Part shown: positions 60,747 through 64,000 of the stretch, piece after piece
How positions within the stretch are numbered: position 1 is the stretch's first letter
How the letters are laid out: each line of letters begins with the position of its first letter
From: Nitrospirales bacterium
Lineage (GTDB): Bacteria; Nitrospirota; Nitrospiria; Nitrospirales; UBA8639
DNA: 64,000 nt
Assembly: GCA_965223295.1 (NCBI GenBank)
Contig: CBDCWC010000002.1
Coordinates: 1,280,001 to 1,344,000, forward strand
Direction: 5' to 3'
Translations under genes and position numbers: made by a program
Notes under the pieces: model-generated
Told to the model about the DNA's origin: nothing
The model's input: the letters and a program-made list of their open reading frames with translations, nothing else
Databases searched by the model: none

Positions 60747-61012
60747 TGAAATGAAATATCTTGTACCTGAAGACCAAAGAAACAATCTGATCTGATCATT
60801 TCGGAAGCGAAAAAAAGAAATTTTTGCGTTAACTACAGCTGAAATTTAAGTAGATTTTGATAGATTATATTGCCTAATAATATATTACTATATTCTCTAG
60901 ACTTGGAATTTATGATTATGAGGGGAAATTCGTTGAACGATATCGACACAGCTCTCGCAACACCTAGCCACGGTAGATCGGGCCAGCCGTACTCTTAATT
61001 TCATATGGCGCT

Positions 61013-61969
61013 CTAACTGTCTCTCAAACCATGACTCAACTCATTTTCTTTAAGGAGACCTTTCCAGAACTGATACAGGTATCCCTTTTCAAACCAATAT
61101 TGTAATCCACGATGAAAACGAGTCTGCTGGTTATTTTGGCAGCACGACCCTAAATATTTCAGGTATTTTATGACCACTCCTTTAAACAGATACCTAGGGA
61201 CACCAAAAAGTAACGGAACATCAGGATACCCCCCATTCAACGCCCAAGAACGCCCAGACTTGAGCACCCTTCTGTATAACCACTGAACCGTCAATTGTTC
61301 GGGACGAATAGTGTGATAGACCAAACCCTGAGGTAAGTAAGCAAATGCACATCCAGACTTGTGTAACCGGTAAGCTAACTCAGTTTCGTCCCCAACAATG
61401 AGATCAGTCCCCGGCCCAAGATCCGTTCGGAAAGCAAAGCCCTGGTGAAAGAGATGGGAACGAATTGCCCAGTTAGGACCTAGGACCATCCAAGGGTGAA
61501 ATTCCCCTTCATCCGTTTCCGCATCTGCTATTGCGTAACAACCTTTTACCCAAGTGTGCTCAAAATCAATAGGCAACTTCTCGGGACTGATTGCATCTGG
61601 AAACTTGGGAAGTATCCGCCCGCCAAAGACAGAATGAGATGGCCGTGCTTGAACACCCTGCCACATCCTCAATACCCACTTTGAATCAGCAACAATATCA
61701 TCATCGGTAAACAGGAACAGGTCACCAGCGGCATGAGCCATTGCCGAATTCAATGCGTTGCATTTGCCCAAATGCGTTTCTACGATAAATTTTATTGGCA
61801 ATTGACGGGCGTAATGCTCAACCACCTGTCGCGCGTCATCTCCACCGGCATTGTCCGCGACAATAACTTCCCAGGTCATACCCTCATCTTCCAAATGGCA
61901 AAAACTTTCTAACGTCGCTTTAAGAGACTCCGGCCGCTTATGGGTTGCAAGAATAATTGAGACATCCAT
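61013..61969 (-). CDS. Glycosyltransferase family 2, paralog 2
   Basis: VIVADN, FTDDD, GDETE. Confidence 0.9.
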   Translation of the reverse strand: MDVSIILATHKRPESLKATLESFCHLEDEGMTWEVIVADNAGGDDARQVVEHYARQLPIKFIVETHLGKCNALNSAMAHAAGDLFLFTDDDIVADSKWVLRMWQGVQARPSHSVFGGRILPKFPDAISPEKLPIDFEHTWVKGCYAIADAETDEGEFHPWMVLGPNWAIRSHLFHQGFAFRTDLGPGTDLIVGDETELAYRLHKSGCAFAYLPQGLVYHTIRPEQLTVQWLYRRVLKSGRSWALNGGYPDVPLLFGVPRYLFKGVVIKYLKYLGSCCQNNQQTRFHRGLQYWFEKGYLYQFWKGLLKENELSHGLRDS

Positions 61970-62100
61970 AGTTATAAAACCTTATGTATTTAAACATATT
62001 AATATGAAAACAAAACAACGGAGATTATTATCTCAAAAAGATCCGGAAAAACGCCACCCCATCTGACATTGTCAAAATTTTTATCCAATGGACAATCAAA

Positions 62101-63825
62101 TCATTCTCGATACGGAAGAGTTTTGCGCTTCCAACGCCAAATAGCCATATTGGGTGCGTCAGGAACAGACTCCAATTGATAGTGTTGCTGTAAATAGTCA
62201 AGAACCTCACCAGGAAACGTGCCGCCTAATGAAGCTGGACGATCTGGACGTGTCCAGAAATAGTCATTCCGCCAGCGATAGGTCACCACCCAACCACTCT
62301 CATGGCTTTCGATGACCCGCATGACATCCTCAACGGTTTCGAGAACAATAACCCCCATCGTATAGTCAACAAGCTGTCCTTGGGCATTCCGCCTATTGAT
62401 TGCTATATTCGTAGAAATATACGCGTCATTCATAAAGTACAAAGGCTGAGTCGCCCCATAGTAACGACAAAGAAGGGGATAGGCACAAATCATCACATCT
62501 TCTAATGTAGCCCGCTCCGAAACATATTTCATCGCGCTCTTCCATTTATGATGCTGAACATCCGTCACATGAGGAATGGCGAAATCATTTCTATAGTCCT
62601 TCAACGTCCGCATAAACCAAGGCATATTGACCAGCAATCCTCCAATAACCAGACACATACACCCAACCAACACTATGCGATAAATTTCAGGCGAAATGCA
62701 TTGTTCTTCATTAAGTTTGAGGCTAGAAATCCATAATTTTTTAAAAATCTCGGCAATACTAAATCCAGCAACCATGTACATCAATGGAAGAATGTACAAA
62801 ATATACCGATAGGTTTTCTGTTGAAAAACAATACTATGAATAAGGAAAGGCACAGCAAACGCCAAACATACAAACAGACTGACTCCAGGTTTCTTAGCAA
62901 GACAATAACCCATGGAGACCGCCAAACTTCCAAACACAATAGGATATTCGTCAAACAGGATGTGCCGATAGTACTGCCAATTCTGAGCAACTTCTTTGTT
63001 CCATGGAGGAACTTTCGTAACGGACTGAACGATCTTGCCCTGTATCTCTGGTATCAGAAGAGTTAGGGACGCAAAGCCGACAACAATCACTAAACAGACA
63101 GTACTGTATTTCAAGCGGTTGAATATACTGACATCCTTCATCAACCACCCCAGGCCACCCATCACAAAAATGTACACAAGAACACCTGAGAGACCAGGAA
63201 GGATGAGATGTTGCGTTTCGAAAGCAAGAAAAAATAATCCCATAGCAGTCAAAAGGAAGAAAGGGCGTATTTGAAAAATCGTACCTACTTCTTGGATTCT
63301 CTTTACCACCTTGTTACCAGAAGAACTTTTATGAGGAGATGTGTTCATTCCCTCGTAAAAAAAGAACAACACGAGTAAAAAGAGACATTGAAATAACGCG
63401 TACATTCTGACTTCGCGTGAATGGGCTATCTCAATCGGAGAAAAGGTCACCATGAAAGCTGCGACCAACCCTGCCGGCACAGAAAACCACCTTGCAGTCA
63501 ACCAATACACCAGGAAGACCAGAAGAATACCTAACATCACACTGGGAACACGCAGTGCAAATTCGTTAAATCCACCTAGGATCCCTGCTACGCTAACAAG
63601 AGAAGAGAACAAGAGACTTCTGTCATAATGTTGCCCAGATGGCAATACAGGCGGCTTTCCTTCAGCCAACTCTTTAGCGACATGCACATGAAGAATTTCA
63701 TCAAGCCCAAAGTCCGCATCACCAAGATGCGCGAACCTCAAGAGGGCCGCAATGCACAGGATAAAAAACACCATGGCATAGATCTGAATGCGATGAGAAC
63801 GGTAACAATCCGGTTCTATCTTCAT
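62101..63825 (-). CDS. GT-C fold membrane glycosyltransferase (ArnT/PMT-like)
   Basis: GLDE loop, EFALRVPS, SREVRMY; many TM helices plus periplasmic C-terminus. Confidence 0.85.
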   Translation of the reverse strand: MKIEPDCYRSHRIQIYAMVFFILCIAALLRFAHLGDADFGLDEILHVHVAKELAEGKPPVLPSGQHYDRSLLFSSLVSVAGILGGFNEFALRVPSVMLGILLVFLVYWLTARWFSVPAGLVAAFMVTFSPIEIAHSREVRMYALFQCLFLLVLFFFYEGMNTSPHKSSSGNKVVKRIQEVGTIFQIRPFFLLTAMGLFFLAFETQHLILPGLSGVLVYIFVMGGLGWLMKDVSIFNRLKYSTVCLVIVVGFASLTLLIPEIQGKIVQSVTKVPPWNKEVAQNWQYYRHILFDEYPIVFGSLAVSMGYCLAKKPGVSLFVCLAFAVPFLIHSIVFQQKTYRYILYILPLMYMVAGFSIAEIFKKLWISSLKLNEEQCISPEIYRIVLVGCMCLVIGGLLVNMPWFMRTLKDYRNDFAIPHVTDVQHHKWKSAMKYVSERATLEDVMICAYPLLCRYYGATQPLYFMNDAYISTNIAINRRNAQGQLVDYTMGVIVLETVEDVMRVIESHESGWVVTYRWRNDYFWTRPDRPASLGGTFPGEVLDYLQQHYQLESVPDAPNMAIWRWKRKTLPYRE

Positions 63826-63913
63826 GCCTACAGTCCTTCAGGTTGCCTACAATGGCTATTCGCCCACTCGCCCCTCGGTCTCAGCTTCTCACAAAAGAAA
63901 CAATTTACAATAC

Positions 63914-64000
63914 GGGTCTGTTGAAAAAATCCGCCAGTGGCGTTCTCGCCATTGTTCCGTGCTCACGTACTACCAGTACGCTCCACGCGCAAAACTGGCT
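63914..64000. mobile_element. MITE-like repeat family A, copy 7 (cut by window end)
   Basis: GGGTCTGTTGAAAAAATCCGCCAGTGGCGTTCTCGCCAT...GTGCTCACGTACTACCAGTACGCTCC. Confidence 0.85.

Noticed and set aside
60558-60795. Two opposing ~75-aa ORFs
   Set aside because: Translations of family A copy 6.
1-64000. CRISPR array, tRNA/rRNA, prophage, transposase or defence system
   Set aside because: No regularly spaced repeats, cloverleafs or diagnostic proteins seen; repeats are dispersed and non-autonomous.

Overview
Bacterial chromosomal window; gene order and protein style suggest a Nitrospirales/Nitrospira-like organism (inference, not checked). The left part (1-26.6 kb) is mostly housekeeping: partial yjbQ, an SH3 membrane protein, hopanoid/squalene hpnD-hpnE, family-4 uracil-DNA glycosylase, ydbH-ynbE-ydbL, a YcxB-like gene, a sugar-phosphate nucleotidyltransferase, an acyltransferase, tldD-pmbA, uppS-cdsA-dxr-rseP-proS, two DUF151 nucleases, rplM-rpsI and argC-argJ. 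The right part (26.6-64 kb) is a cell-surface/exopolysaccharide locus: PrsR/PrsK, EpsI and an exosortase; a GlrK/QseG/GlrR-like three-component system; a sigma54 promoter leading to three domain-shuffled secreted proteins and a sulfotransferase; and a minus-strand glycan synthesis/tailoring cluster. No tRNA, rRNA, CRISPR array or intact transposase was seen. Intergenic DNA carries at least three families of palindromic non-autonomous repeats. The best candidates for new biology are (i) a possible FN3 strand-complementation pairing between two neighbouring secreted proteins that lack PEP-CTERM tails, (ii) a 7-copy MITE-like repeat with a conserved arm outside its inverted repeats and nested inserts, (iii) a near-identical inverted REPIN-like pair bracketing one gene, and (iv) a UDG ending in a beta-clamp motif. 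All family calls are from motif recognition by eye; no searches were run.
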